Origin: Nibricoccus sp.
GTDB lineage: Bacteria > Verrucomicrobiota > Verrucomicrobiia > Opitutales > Opitutaceae
Length of the DNA stretch: 64,000 nucleotides
Direction of reading: 5' to 3'
Assembly: GCA_047602425.1 (NCBI GenBank)
Contig: JASGHG010000001.1
Span: 480,001-544,000, forward strand
The notes beneath the pieces were generated by a model. The model had not been told where the DNA came from. It did no database searches and saw only the letters and a list, made by a program, of their open reading frames with translations. This document shows positions 10,343 to 19,341 of this stretch, one piece after another. The translations under genes and the position numbers were made by a program. Position 1 is the first letter of the stretch; every line of letters starts with the position of its first letter.

Positions 10343-11065
10343 TTAGGTCAGTGCCAGTGCCTCGGCTAGGTTCACGCGTTTTTCGTAGATCGCTTTGCCG
10401 ATGATCACGCCGTCGAGATTGGAATATTTTTTGGCGAGCGCGTTGATCGCACCGACGTCGCCTTGCACCGAAATACCGCCTGAGGCGATGACGTTGCACT
10501 TGACCGTCTTCAGCATTGCTTCCTGCGCCGCGATATTCGGGCCCGTCAGCATGCCGTCGGTGCTGATATCCGTATAAATCAACGTGCGAACGCCGAGTTG
10601 ATCCATGCGTTGCGCCATGCCGAGCGCGGTCGTGGCCGTTGTGTCGACCCAACCCTTAACGGCCACCATGCCGTTCTTCGCGTCGATTCCGACCGCGACC
10701 CGGGCGCCGTAAATTTTCACGAGTTCGCTCACGAAGGCCTCGCTCTCCGCGGCACGTGTTCCGATAACCACACGTGATACACCAAGGCCCAGAGCCCGGT
10801 CCACCGCGATGCGGTCGCGCAAACCGCCACCTAACTCGATCTTCAGGCCCAGCGCCGCGATAGCCCGGACCGCGTTGAGATTCTTCGACTCGCCCGCAAA
10901 CGCACCATCGAGATCGACCACGTGCACCCATTGCGCACCGGCTTGTTTGAATTGGGCCGCCACGTCGGCGGGATTTTCCGCGTAAACCGTTTCCTGGTCG
11001 GCACGACCTTGGGTCAACCGGACACAGCGGCCACCTTTGATATCAATAGCTGGATAAATCGTCAT
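10343..11065 (-). CDS. hisA: ProFAR isomerase HisA
   Basis: IYPAIDIKGGRCVRLTQG, HVVDLDGA, GGGLRD, TDISTDGMLTG and ASGG motifs. Confidence 0.97.
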   Translation of the reverse strand: MTIYPAIDIKGGRCVRLTQGRADQETVYAENPADVAAQFKQAGAQWVHVVDLDGAFAGESKNLNAVRAIAALGLKIELGGGLRDRIAVDRALGLGVSRVVIGTRAAESEAFVSELVKIYGARVAVGIDAKNGMVAVKGWVDTTATTALGMAQRMDQLGVRTLIYTDISTDGMLTGPNIAAQEAMLKTVKCNVIASGGISVQGDVGAINALAKKYSNLDGVIIGKAIYEKRVNLAEALALT

Positions 11066-11163
11066 GGAGGCGTGCATTGGCACATGCCTTGAGCCGGAGC
11101 GCAAAGAAATTTCCGCGCAAAAATCAGCTTTGCGAAACTGCGTCTTTTCACGAGATTAGGTGC

Positions 11164-12231
11164 ATGTCTAAACACGAAGCACCCGCTTTTCTCGCCGATT
11201 TGCTCCACGCCCGCTCGCCTTCAGGCTACGAATTCGAGGCACAAGAGGTCTTTGACCGCCATGTTAAATCTTCCGCCGATACCTACGAAAAAGACGCCCT
11301 CGGCAACCGCCTCGCCACGCTTAATCCGAAGGGCGATCCCGTGCTCATGTTCGCCGGTCATATGGACGAACTTGGTCTCATCATCACTTTCATCAACAAA
11401 GATGGCTATCTCTACTTTGATACCATCGGTGGTCACGACCGCGTGATGATCCCCGGTCGCCGCGTCATCATCCGCACCGCCAATGGTCCAGTCAAAGGAG
11501 TCACCGGCAAACGTGCGATCCATCTCATGGACGAAAGCGATCGCAAAAAAGTCCCCGAGATTCACGAAATCTGGATCGATATCGGCGCCAGTTCCAAAAA
11601 AGACGCCCTCAAGCGCGTCGCGATCGGCGATGTCGTCACTTACGATCACGAATTCGAATTCATCCACGGCACCATCGGCACCGCACGCGCGTTCGACAAC
11701 AAAGTTGGCGCCTACGTTGTCGGTGAATCATTGGTTCGCCTCTCCGAACAAAAGAAAAAGCTCAATGCCCGCGTCACCTCCGTCGCCACCACGCAGGAGG
11801 AAATCGGTGTGCGCGGCGCCACGACCGCCGTCTATTCGGTCAACCCGCACATCGCCATCGCGGTCGACGTCGGTCATGCAACCGATCATCCCGATTGCGA
11901 CAATCGCAAGTATGGCGAAACCAAACTTGGCGGCGGCCCGATCATTTGCCGCGGTGCCAACGTAAACCCGAAAATCTACGAGCGCCTGGTTGCCTGCGCG
12001 GAAAAATTAAAAATTCCCCACCAATTCGAAGCCGATCCACGTCCCACCGGCACGGACGCGCGCGCGCTTCAGATGGGCCGCGCCGGCGTCGCCACCGGAC
12101 TCGTGTCGATCCCGCTTCGCTACATGCATACGCCGAGCGAAGTCGTCGACCTGCAAGACGTGGAAAACTGCGTGCGTCTTTTCGTCGAATTCGCCCTTTC
12201 GCTCAAAAAAGGCGACTACGCCCACTGGTAG
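11164..12231 (+). CDS. M42 family aminopeptidase
   Basis: AGHMDELG, RAFDNK, QEEIGVRGA, GTDA and RYMHTPSE motifs. Confidence 0.93.
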   Translation: MSKHEAPAFLADLLHARSPSGYEFEAQEVFDRHVKSSADTYEKDALGNRLATLNPKGDPVLMFAGHMDELGLIITFINKDGYLYFDTIGGHDRVMIPGRRVIIRTANGPVKGVTGKRAIHLMDESDRKKVPEIHEIWIDIGASSKKDALKRVAIGDVVTYDHEFEFIHGTIGTARAFDNKVGAYVVGESLVRLSEQKKKLNARVTSVATTQEEIGVRGATTAVYSVNPHIAIAVDVGHATDHPDCDNRKYGETKLGGGPIICRGANVNPKIYERLVACAEKLKIPHQFEADPRPTGTDARALQMGRAGVATGLVSIPLRYMHTPSEVVDLQDVENCVRLFVEFALSLKKGDYAHW

Positions 12232-12249
12232 AGCCGAGGTTTTCGATCC

Positions 12250-12374
12250 TTTTACAGAAGAGAACAAAGGTAACGAAGCGAGGCAGGTTCTCTCGCGTCG
12301 TGTTTCCAAGAAGGCTTGAAAGCTGGCCGTCGAAAACCAGCGACGCTTCGTTCCCTCTGTTGCCTTCTGTTAAA
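12250..12374. repeat. MITE/REP-like element with 31-bp imperfect terminal inverted repeats
   Basis: Left arm TTTTACAGAAGAGAACAAAGGTAACGAAGCG (12250-12280) versus reverse complement of the right arm TTTAACAGAAGGCAACAGAGGGAACGAAGCG (12344-12374): 26/31 identical. Confidence 0.75.
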
Positions 12375-13311
12375 TGGTTTTGGATTGAAATAAATCCTGG
12401 GAGTAACCATCCGCCGCAGCTACAATCTTGTGCTCCGGCAGCTGCGTACGAAACCAAGTGCGCTGCTTTTTAACGAGCGCCCGCGTGTTCTGCACAATTG
12501 CGGTCCGCAACTCATCGCGGCGCAGTTTGCCTTCCAGGAAATCGATCGTCTCCCGATATCCGATGGCCTTGGCCGCGCTCGGATTGGTCTTCAATCCGGC
12601 CGGGAGCAGTTGCTCCACTTCGCCCACCAGTCCGGCGTCCAGCATGGCGTCAACACGCCGAGCGATTCTTCGCTCAAGGTCTTCCGGCGTACGCTCAAGC
12701 CGAACCAATTGCACAGCCCAATCCGCAAAGGGTCCGCGCTGACGTGCGAAATCCGCCGCCAGTTCCGCGAGGGTTTTTCCTGAGGCTCGGCACCGTTCCA
12801 ATGCACGTACGACCCGTCGCGGATTCGCAGTGTCGAGCGATCCAAGGCCAGCCGGATTTAACCGTTCCAAAGCCACCAGCAACCCGGGCAATCCGTCCTT
12901 TTTAAATTGCGCATCGATTTCTTCGCGCAATTCCGGCGAAACGGCGACGTCGTCCGCCACCGGACCGAAAAACGCCTTCAAATAAAAACCGCTGCCACCT
13001 GTCACCAACACGCGACGGCCGCGCGCAGCGATTTCCTTCACCGCCGTCTGCGCGCGACTCACATATTCAGTAATGTCCATTCGCTCCGTCACCGCACAAA
13101 CATCGATCAAGTGATGCGGTACGCGCGCGAGTTCATCACGCGTCGGTTTCGCCGTTCCAATGTCCATTCCGCGATAAAACAAAAGCGAATCACAAGAAAT
13201 GATCTCGGCGTTGCTTTCCTCGGCCCAGCGCAGCGCCCATTCCGTTTTGCCAACGGCGGTGCATCCGGTAAGAACGAAGATTCGGCCAACGTTATCCATT
13301 TTCGCCAACAT
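12370..13311 (-). CDS. miaA: tRNA dimethylallyltransferase (start may be ATG at 13299)
   Basis: GCTAVGKT P-loop, DSLLFYRGMDIGTAKP, GGSGFY, AIGYRE and KKQRTWF. Confidence 0.97.
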   Translation of the reverse strand: MLAKMDNVGRIFVLTGCTAVGKTEWALRWAEESNAEIISCDSLLFYRGMDIGTAKPTRDELARVPHHLIDVCAVTERMDITEYVSRAQTAVKEIAARGRRVLVTGGSGFYLKAFFGPVADDVAVSPELREEIDAQFKKDGLPGLLVALERLNPAGLGSLDTANPRRVVRALERCRASGKTLAELAADFARQRGPFADWAVQLVRLERTPEDLERRIARRVDAMLDAGLVGEVEQLLPAGLKTNPSAAKAIGYRETIDFLEGKLRRDELRTAIVQNTRALVKKQRTWFRTQLPEHKIVAAADGYSQDLFQSKTI

Positions 13312-13482
13312 CCAGCGTCAGCCCGCGCGTTCCGGCAAGCGGTATTGTTGGCCGCGGTTCGTGCGGGATGGCGCCTCGGACTTGTTACAGTTGAGCAACT
13401 TCATCTCTCGGCGCCCTTTTTTCTTTGCCGCCCCTGCGCAAATCACCCAGCTCAGAAGCGCAACCTTCCGCAACCTACCACG

Positions 13483-14634
13483 TTGAAACTCGCGCTCGTC
13501 ACCGAAACGTTCCCTCCGGAAATCAATGGCGTCGCCATGACGTTGAGCCATCTGGCCGAGGGCTTGTGCGAGCGGGGGAATTCCGTGTGTATCGTGCGGC
13601 CGCGCCAGCCAACGGATGAGACGTCCGCGCTGGTCCGCCTCCATACCGAACTACTCTGTCCCGGTTTGCCCATTCCCGGTTATCCCTCCATGCGGATCGG
13701 TTTTCCCGTGCGGCAGCGGTTGCTGCATGCCTGGCGCGTCAACCGGCCCGACGTCGTACACGTTGCCACCGAAGGCCCGCTCGGATGGGCCGCACTGTCG
13801 GCCGCGCAAAAACTCGGCCTTCCGGTCGCCTCCAGCTTTCATACCAATTTCCACAGTTATGGCCGCCACTACGGCTTCGGCTTTCTCGCCCGCCCCGCGC
13901 TCGCCTACCTGCGCTGGTTTCACAACCGCACGCTTCTCACGCTTTCCCCAACCGTCGAGTTGAACCAACAACTCGCCGCCGCAGGTTTCAAAAACATGCG
14001 CTTGCTTTCACGCGGGGTGGACACCCGCGTCTTTTCCCCGTCTCACCGCGACGCCGGGTTGCGGGCCGAGTGGGGAGTTGGGCCGGAGGATCTCGCCGTG
14101 GTGCACGTCAGTCGCGTCGCGGCCGAAAAGAATTTTCCCCTGCTCCTTCGTGCTTTCAAAACCATTCGCCAGAATCAACCTTCGGCGAAATTTGTGATCA
14201 CCAGCGACGGCCCGCTCCGGCGCAAACTGGAGCGCTGTCATCCTTGGATTCGGTTTACCGGCAGCCTGCCGCGCGAGCAACTCGCACGCCATTACGCCTC
14301 GGCCGACCTGTTTCTTTATCCCAGTTTGACCGAAACTTTTGGCAACGTCGTGATCGAGGCCATGGCCAGCGGCCTGCCCGTTCTTGCCTTCCACTACGCC
14401 GCCGCCGCGCGGTTCATTCGCAATGGCGAAAATGGCGTCACGGTTCCCCTTGGCCGGCCTGACGATTTCATTTCCGCCGCGCTAAAACTCGCTTCCGACC
14501 GCGCACAACGCCAGTATTTCAGTAAAGCCGCACGTGAAACCGCCGAAACCATTCCTTGGAGCCGGGTCGTCGACGGCTTCGAAGCCGATCTCGTCACGCT
14601 CATTGCCGCGCCCGCCATTTTAACCAAACCATGA
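13483..14634 (+). CDS. Glycosyltransferase family 4, diacylglycerol glycosyltransferase (Agt)-like
   Basis: TTG start; LALVTETFPPEINGVA, PDVVHVATEGPLG and TETFGNVVIEAMASG. Confidence 0.85.
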   Translation: MKLALVTETFPPEINGVAMTLSHLAEGLCERGNSVCIVRPRQPTDETSALVRLHTELLCPGLPIPGYPSMRIGFPVRQRLLHAWRVNRPDVVHVATEGPLGWAALSAAQKLGLPVASSFHTNFHSYGRHYGFGFLARPALAYLRWFHNRTLLTLSPTVELNQQLAAAGFKNMRLLSRGVDTRVFSPSHRDAGLRAEWGVGPEDLAVVHVSRVAAEKNFPLLLRAFKTIRQNQPSAKFVITSDGPLRRKLERCHPWIRFTGSLPREQLARHYASADLFLYPSLTETFGNVVIEAMASGLPVLAFHYAAAARFIRNGENGVTVPLGRPDDFISAALKLASDRAQRQYFSKAARETAETIPWSRVVDGFEADLVTLIAAPAILTKP

Positions 14635-15536
14635 TCAAGGACCACAAATCCTGCTTCATCTACAACCCGCACTCGGGCCACAACGCTCGCAATCCTCACC
14701 TGCTTGAGCGCGCCCACACCTTCATTGCCCAGCACCGTCTCAACGCCTCCCTCGTTCACACCACCCACCCACGCCACGCCTGCGATCTCGCCAGGAAAGC
14801 GATTGACGATGGTTGCGGCATCGTGGTGGCCATCGGCGGCGATGGCACGATGAACGAAGTCGCCTCGGCCCTCGTCGGCACCGAAACCTTGCTGGGCCTT
14901 ATCCCTTGCGGCTCAGGCAACGGACTTGGCCGCCATCTTGGCATTCCGGGACCGGGAAAAGGCGCTTTCCGCACGTTGCTCGATGGAAAACCACGCGCCA
15001 TCGACACAGGCACAGCCAATGGCTTTCCGTTCTTCAACGCCATGGGCCTCGGGTTCGATGCCGAGCTCAGCCACCGTTTCAACAAGCTCTCCCGCCGCGG
15101 CCTCGAAGCCTACGCCCGCACTGCTGTCAGCGCATTTTTTCGCTTCCGCCCCCAAGTGTGCACCATTCGCAACGGCGAGGAAGTGCTCCAGACTTCGGCG
15201 TTCATTATTTCCATCGCCAACTCCGATCAATACGGCAACGACTGCTTTATCGCGCCCGGAGCACAGGTCGACGATGGCAAGCTCGACGTCACGGTTCTTA
15301 AAAAAGTCGATTTCTTCAACGCCTTCCCTCTCGCATTGCGCCTCTTCACCCGATCGATCGGCGGCAGCCCCAGCGTTCGCCGCTTCTCCGGTCAGCATTT
15401 TGTCATCGAACGTCCCGGCCCGGGCCTCGTTCATACCGATGGCGAAACGGTTGAAACCGGCGACACCATTGAAATCGCGGTGCGGCCCCGCAGCTTGCGC
15501 ATCCTCGTTCCCCAAAACCACAACCAATCGCCATAG
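14631..15536 (+). CDS. Diacylglycerol kinase family lipid kinase (YegS/DgkB-like)
   Basis: IYNPHSG, GGDGTMNEV, PCGSGNGL and TDGE motifs; ATGA overlap with the GT4 gene. Confidence 0.9.
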   Translation: MIKDHKSCFIYNPHSGHNARNPHLLERAHTFIAQHRLNASLVHTTHPRHACDLARKAIDDGCGIVVAIGGDGTMNEVASALVGTETLLGLIPCGSGNGLGRHLGIPGPGKGAFRTLLDGKPRAIDTGTANGFPFFNAMGLGFDAELSHRFNKLSRRGLEAYARTAVSAFFRFRPQVCTIRNGEEVLQTSAFIISIANSDQYGNDCFIAPGAQVDDGKLDVTVLKKVDFFNAFPLALRLFTRSIGGSPSVRRFSGQHFVIERPGPGLVHTDGETVETGDTIEIAVRPRSLRILVPQNHNQSP

Positions 15537-15603
15537 GTGACGTTCTTGTGACGAAATTGCCAAATTTCTGGTCACGTCAGTCATCGCTGTTAGCCTGACC
15601 GCC

Positions 15604-16428
15604 ATGGAGCCCAAGCCGCTCAAATACAAAACCATCGTTATTTCCGACGTCCACCTCGGCTCGTACGATTGCAAGATCCGCGAGGTGAATCATTTTCTGA
15701 AGCATACGCATTGCGAACGGCTCATTCTCAATGGCGACATCATCGACGCGTGGAAACTCAAGCAGACGGGTTATTGGCCCAAAAGCCACACCCGCTTCGT
15801 CCGTCTCATTCTCAAGAAACTCGAAAAAAAAGACACCGAGGTCATTTATCTTCGGGGAAATCACGATGACGTGCTCGCCAAGTTCCTTCCTGTCGCCTTC
15901 GAGAAATTCAGCATCGTCGAAGATTACATCTACGAAACCGGGCGCGGAAAATACCTCGTGTTGCACGGCGACGTTTTCGACACCATCACCAAAAATTTCG
16001 TCTTCCTCGCTTACGTTGGCGACTGGGGTTACACCCAACTCATGCGCCTCAACCGCATCTACAACAAGATTCGTGCATGGCGGGGCAAGGAATACTACTC
16101 GCTGAGCAAGGCCGTGAAAGCCCGCGTCAAACAAGCCGTCAACCACATCTCCCACTTTGAGGAACACGTCGCCAAGCTGGCCAAGAGCCGTGATTGCGTC
16201 GGCGTCATGTGCGGCCACATTCACACCGCAGCCGACCGGATGATTGGCGATGTTCACTATCTCAATTCCGGCGACTGGGTGGAATCGCTCACCGCCATCG
16301 TTGAGCACTTTGATGGGCGTTTCGAACTCATCGAGTTTTCCCAATTCTTAAAAACATATCCGCTTCCCGACGAAGTAACGGAAAACACCGTCGTCGAGGA
16401 AATGCCTCCCCTTTCTTCTCCCGCGTAA
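15604..16428 (+). CDS. Calcineurin-like metallophosphoesterase, LpxH2/PlcP-type
   Basis: SDVHLG, GDIID, GNHD, HGD, CGHIH and NSGDWVES motifs. Confidence 0.88.
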   Translation: MEPKPLKYKTIVISDVHLGSYDCKIREVNHFLKHTHCERLILNGDIIDAWKLKQTGYWPKSHTRFVRLILKKLEKKDTEVIYLRGNHDDVLAKFLPVAFEKFSIVEDYIYETGRGKYLVLHGDVFDTITKNFVFLAYVGDWGYTQLMRLNRIYNKIRAWRGKEYYSLSKAVKARVKQAVNHISHFEEHVAKLAKSRDCVGVMCGHIHTAADRMIGDVHYLNSGDWVESLTAIVEHFDGRFELIEFSQFLKTYPLPDEVTENTVVEEMPPLSSPA

Positions 16429-16691
16429 GCAAACTAGTCGGTTGCCCAATTGCTCCAATGGCCCGCGCTACAACGCCATGGCGGGGGAAAAATCGGTGAA
16501 TTTTCCGCTATTTTCGGAAGCGGAATAATTCTTCGAAAGTTCTTCCCATCGGCGTGCGCCCTCCCCACTGTTTTGCCGCGTCGGTTTTCAAAGGACCCTC
16601 TCTCCCAGCAGCCCTCAGCGTTCCAGTTGGTTTAGAGTTCTTTCCCCCACTGCCGCCAGTCACCCCTCCTTCCTGAGGGGCTTCACATCTC

Positions 16692-18107
16692 ATGGCACAT
16701 CCTCGGATCATCCAAGGCGGCATGGGCGTAGCCGTTTCCGGCTGGGCCCTTGCGCGCGCAGTTTCAAAAGCCGGACAACTCGGTGTTGTTTCCGGTACCG
16801 CACTCGCTCACACCCTCGCGCGCCGGCTCCAACTCGGCGATGCCGATGGAAAATTGCGCCATGCTCTTGAGCACTTTCCCATTCCGGGAATCGCCAACCG
16901 CATTCTCAACGCCTACTACGTGCCCGGCGGCAAAAAAACGAACGTGCCTTTCAAAGGCGTTCCCATGCCGTCCATTTCTTCGAGTGAATCGTTCAACGAG
17001 CTCACCGTCGCTGCTAATTTCACCGAGGTCTTTCTCGCGAAGGAAGGCCACGATGGCGTGATCGGCATCAACCTCCTCGAAAAAATTCAGTTCAATACCC
17101 TGCACTCGCTTTTCGGCGCCATGCTCGCCGGAGTGGACTATGTGCTGATGGGTGCCGGCATCCCGCGCACCATCCCTGGTACGCTCGACAATTTCGCCGC
17201 CGGCCAGCCTTCTGAACTCAAAATCGACACCGTCGGTGCAGCCAATGGCGAGAGCTTCGTCCAGCGTTTCGACCCCGCCACTCTCTTCGGTGGCAAAGCC
17301 CCGTCGCTGAAACGCCCGCTGTTTCTCGCCATCGTCGCTTCTGCGACACTCGCACTCACTCTCGCGAAAAAATCCACCGGCCAGGTCAATGGTTTCGTCG
17401 TCGAGGCCGAAACTGCTGGCGGACACAATGCCCCGCCGCGCGGCCCCATGCAGCTCACGCCCGACGGCGAACCGCTCTACGGTCCGCGCGACGTTCCCGA
17501 CCTCGAAAAAATTCACGCCATCGGCCTTCCCTTCTGGCTCGCGGGCGCCTACGGAGCTCCGGGAAAACTTGCCGAAGCCCTCAAGATAGGAGCGGCCGGA
17601 ATTCAGGTCGGCACCGCTTTCGCTTTTTGTCAGGAATCCGGCATCGATCCCGTTTATAAACAAAGCGTCATCGAACTCAGTCGCGCCGGCAAAGCCCGCG
17701 TCTTCACCGACCCACTCGCCTCGCCCACCGGTTTCCCGTTCAAAGTCGTCCAACTCGCCAACACTCTCTCAACCGCCGAGGATTACGCGGCGCGTCCTCG
17801 CATCTGCGACATGGGTTACCTGCGGCACGTTTACGTACGCGAAGATGGCAGTCCGGGCTACCGTTGTCCTAGCGAACCGGTCGAAGATTACGTGAAAAAA
17901 GGCGGCACCGTCGCCGATACGGTCGGCCGCAAATGTATTTGCAACGGCCTGATGGCTGCCGGTGGCGTGGCGCAAATGCGCGCTGACGGCACCGCCGAGC
18001 CCGCCATTCTGACCGCCGGAAACGAAGTCAGCAACGTCGCACGTTTTCTCGCGCCCGGCGCCAACTCTTACTCCGCCGCGGACGTCGTCGCCACGCTACT
18101 CGCGTAA
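16692..18107 (+). CDS. Nitronate monooxygenase / FabK-like flavoenzyme
   Basis: IIQGGMGVAVS, AGGHNAP and GIQVGTAF motifs; Cys-containing C-terminus. Confidence 0.85.
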   Translation: MAHPRIIQGGMGVAVSGWALARAVSKAGQLGVVSGTALAHTLARRLQLGDADGKLRHALEHFPIPGIANRILNAYYVPGGKKTNVPFKGVPMPSISSSESFNELTVAANFTEVFLAKEGHDGVIGINLLEKIQFNTLHSLFGAMLAGVDYVLMGAGIPRTIPGTLDNFAAGQPSELKIDTVGAANGESFVQRFDPATLFGGKAPSLKRPLFLAIVASATLALTLAKKSTGQVNGFVVEAETAGGHNAPPRGPMQLTPDGEPLYGPRDVPDLEKIHAIGLPFWLAGAYGAPGKLAEALKIGAAGIQVGTAFAFCQESGIDPVYKQSVIELSRAGKARVFTDPLASPTGFPFKVVQLANTLSTAEDYAARPRICDMGYLRHVYVREDGSPGYRCPSEPVEDYVKKGGTVADTVGRKCICNGLMAAGGVAQMRADGTAEPAILTAGNEVSNVARFLAPGANSYSAADVVATLLA

Positions 18108-18322
18108 ATTGCCGCGTCGAACAACGCTTCCTCACCGCCTCAGCTTCTGGGGCGTGTTTCGGTTGCTGACGCAACGATGCCTTGCTGCATTTTCCGCCAA
18201 GCTCGACCTTGGCGACGCCTCGTCGCCCGCTTCGAGTGGCTCAGATCGGGCTTTTACCGCTCGACGGTCCACACAAAAGGAACCAGTGGTCACACCTAAG
18301 GTCTGCAAAAAACTCCGCTTCT

Positions 18323-18745
18323 ATGAAAAGGTTCCTCTGCCCCCTGTTCACGTTCACTGCGATCCTCTTGTTCCAGCCAGGCTGCGAATCATCCCGCCAG
18401 GTTAAGCCTCTTTCTCACACGATCACCACGACACCGGTTTTCCAGGGCGTTTACATCGAATCGGCGAACGCCGATCAAAAGCCCAAAGCCGTCAAACGCA
18501 CCGCGCCCGTCTACCCCTTTGAGCTGAAGCGCAAAGGCATTAGCGGGTACGCCAAGCTCGTCTTCGTCATCGACGTCACAGGCAAGCCTACCCAAATCCA
18601 AGCCGTTCAGGCGTCGAAACAAGAGTTTATCGGCCCCGCAATCGATTCACTGACCGAATGGCGGTTCAAACCAGCTCAGAAAAACGGCCAGCCCATCGCG
18701 TGTGTCGCCGAACAGGTTTTCGAATTTCATGTAACTAATCGTTAG
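18323..18745 (+). CDS. TonB C-terminal domain lipoprotein
   Basis: Signal peptide ending QPGC; PVYPFELKRKGISG, FVIDVTG and WRFKPAQKNGQP. Confidence 0.82.
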   Translation: MKRFLCPLFTFTAILLFQPGCESSRQVKPLSHTITTTPVFQGVYIESANADQKPKAVKRTAPVYPFELKRKGISGYAKLVFVIDVTGKPTQIQAVQASKQEFIGPAIDSLTEWRFKPAQKNGQPIACVAEQVFEFHVTNR

Positions 18746-18780
18746 AGCCAGCCAACAAGCGTGAGGCGTCGCTTCACCCA

Positions 18781-18810
18781 TTGACACGCAACCCTCAGGT
18801 TGCTTCTAAT
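18781..18810 (+). promoter_or_regulatory. Sigma70-type promoter with palindromic operator in the spacer
   Basis: TTGACA (18781-86), 18-nt spacer containing GCAACC-ctca-GGTTGC (18788-18803), TCTAAT (18805-10), ATG 6 nt later. Confidence 0.75.
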
Positions 18811-18816
18811 TCCGCC

Positions 18817-19185
18817 ATGGATCTCATCTTTAAGGCCCTGGCGGACAGCAGCCGGCGTTTGCTCCTCGATCGCTTGCATGTTCAGGACGGGCAGACTTTG
18901 CGCGCGTTGTGCGGAGATCTCGACATGACGCGGCAAGCCGTAACCAAGCATTTGGTTGTCCTGGAAGCCGCTGGTTTAGTGACAACCACTTGGCAGGGGC
19001 GCGAAAAGCTTCACCACCTCAATCCTTCGCCGCTCAGTCGAATCACCACCGACTGGATCAAGAAATACGAGGGGCATCAGCCCGCGAAAGTCGCAATGCG
19101 TGTGGCGACCTCCACAATCAACCGGATTCCGCCGGCTCCCGCCCCCACTGAAATCGACGGCGAATCGCGCTGGACCAATCTCTAG
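18817..19185 (+). CDS. ArsR/SmtB family transcriptional regulator
   Basis: IFKALADSSRRLLL, MTRQAVTKHLVVLEAAGLV and GREKLH wHTH motifs. Confidence 0.92.
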   Translation: MDLIFKALADSSRRLLLDRLHVQDGQTLRALCGDLDMTRQAVTKHLVVLEAAGLVTTTWQGREKLHHLNPSPLSRITTDWIKKYEGHQPAKVAMRVATSTINRIPPAPAPTEIDGESRWTNL

Positions 19186-19341
19186 ACTGCCACAGCCGCC
19201 GGCATTTTTCCGCCCCTACAGCGGACCGGGCTGCATTTTTAGGGAACCAATTGTTATCGGTTACTGCCTTAGAAAGAGTGCGAGCCCAATCACCTGCCCG
19301 AATCGAATTTTCGCGCGTTGGGCTCATTCTGCTTTCTATCA

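Noticed and set aside
10341..10652. N-terminal extension of the 518-aa ORF (9096..10652)
   Set aside because: It overlaps hisA in another frame; the ATG at 10340 is the plausible start.
11077..11094. Sigma54-like TGGCAC-N5-TTGA upstream of the M42 peptidase
   Set aside because: The -12 dinucleotide is GA, not GC.
12907..13482. N-terminal extension of the 575-aa GT4 ORF
   Set aside because: It is antisense to miaA; GT4 homology begins at TTG 13483.
18729..18746. Possible third copy of the CTAWTAA hairpin (TGTAACTAATCGTTAGA)
   Set aside because: Only a 4-bp stem and a different loop length; too weak to call.
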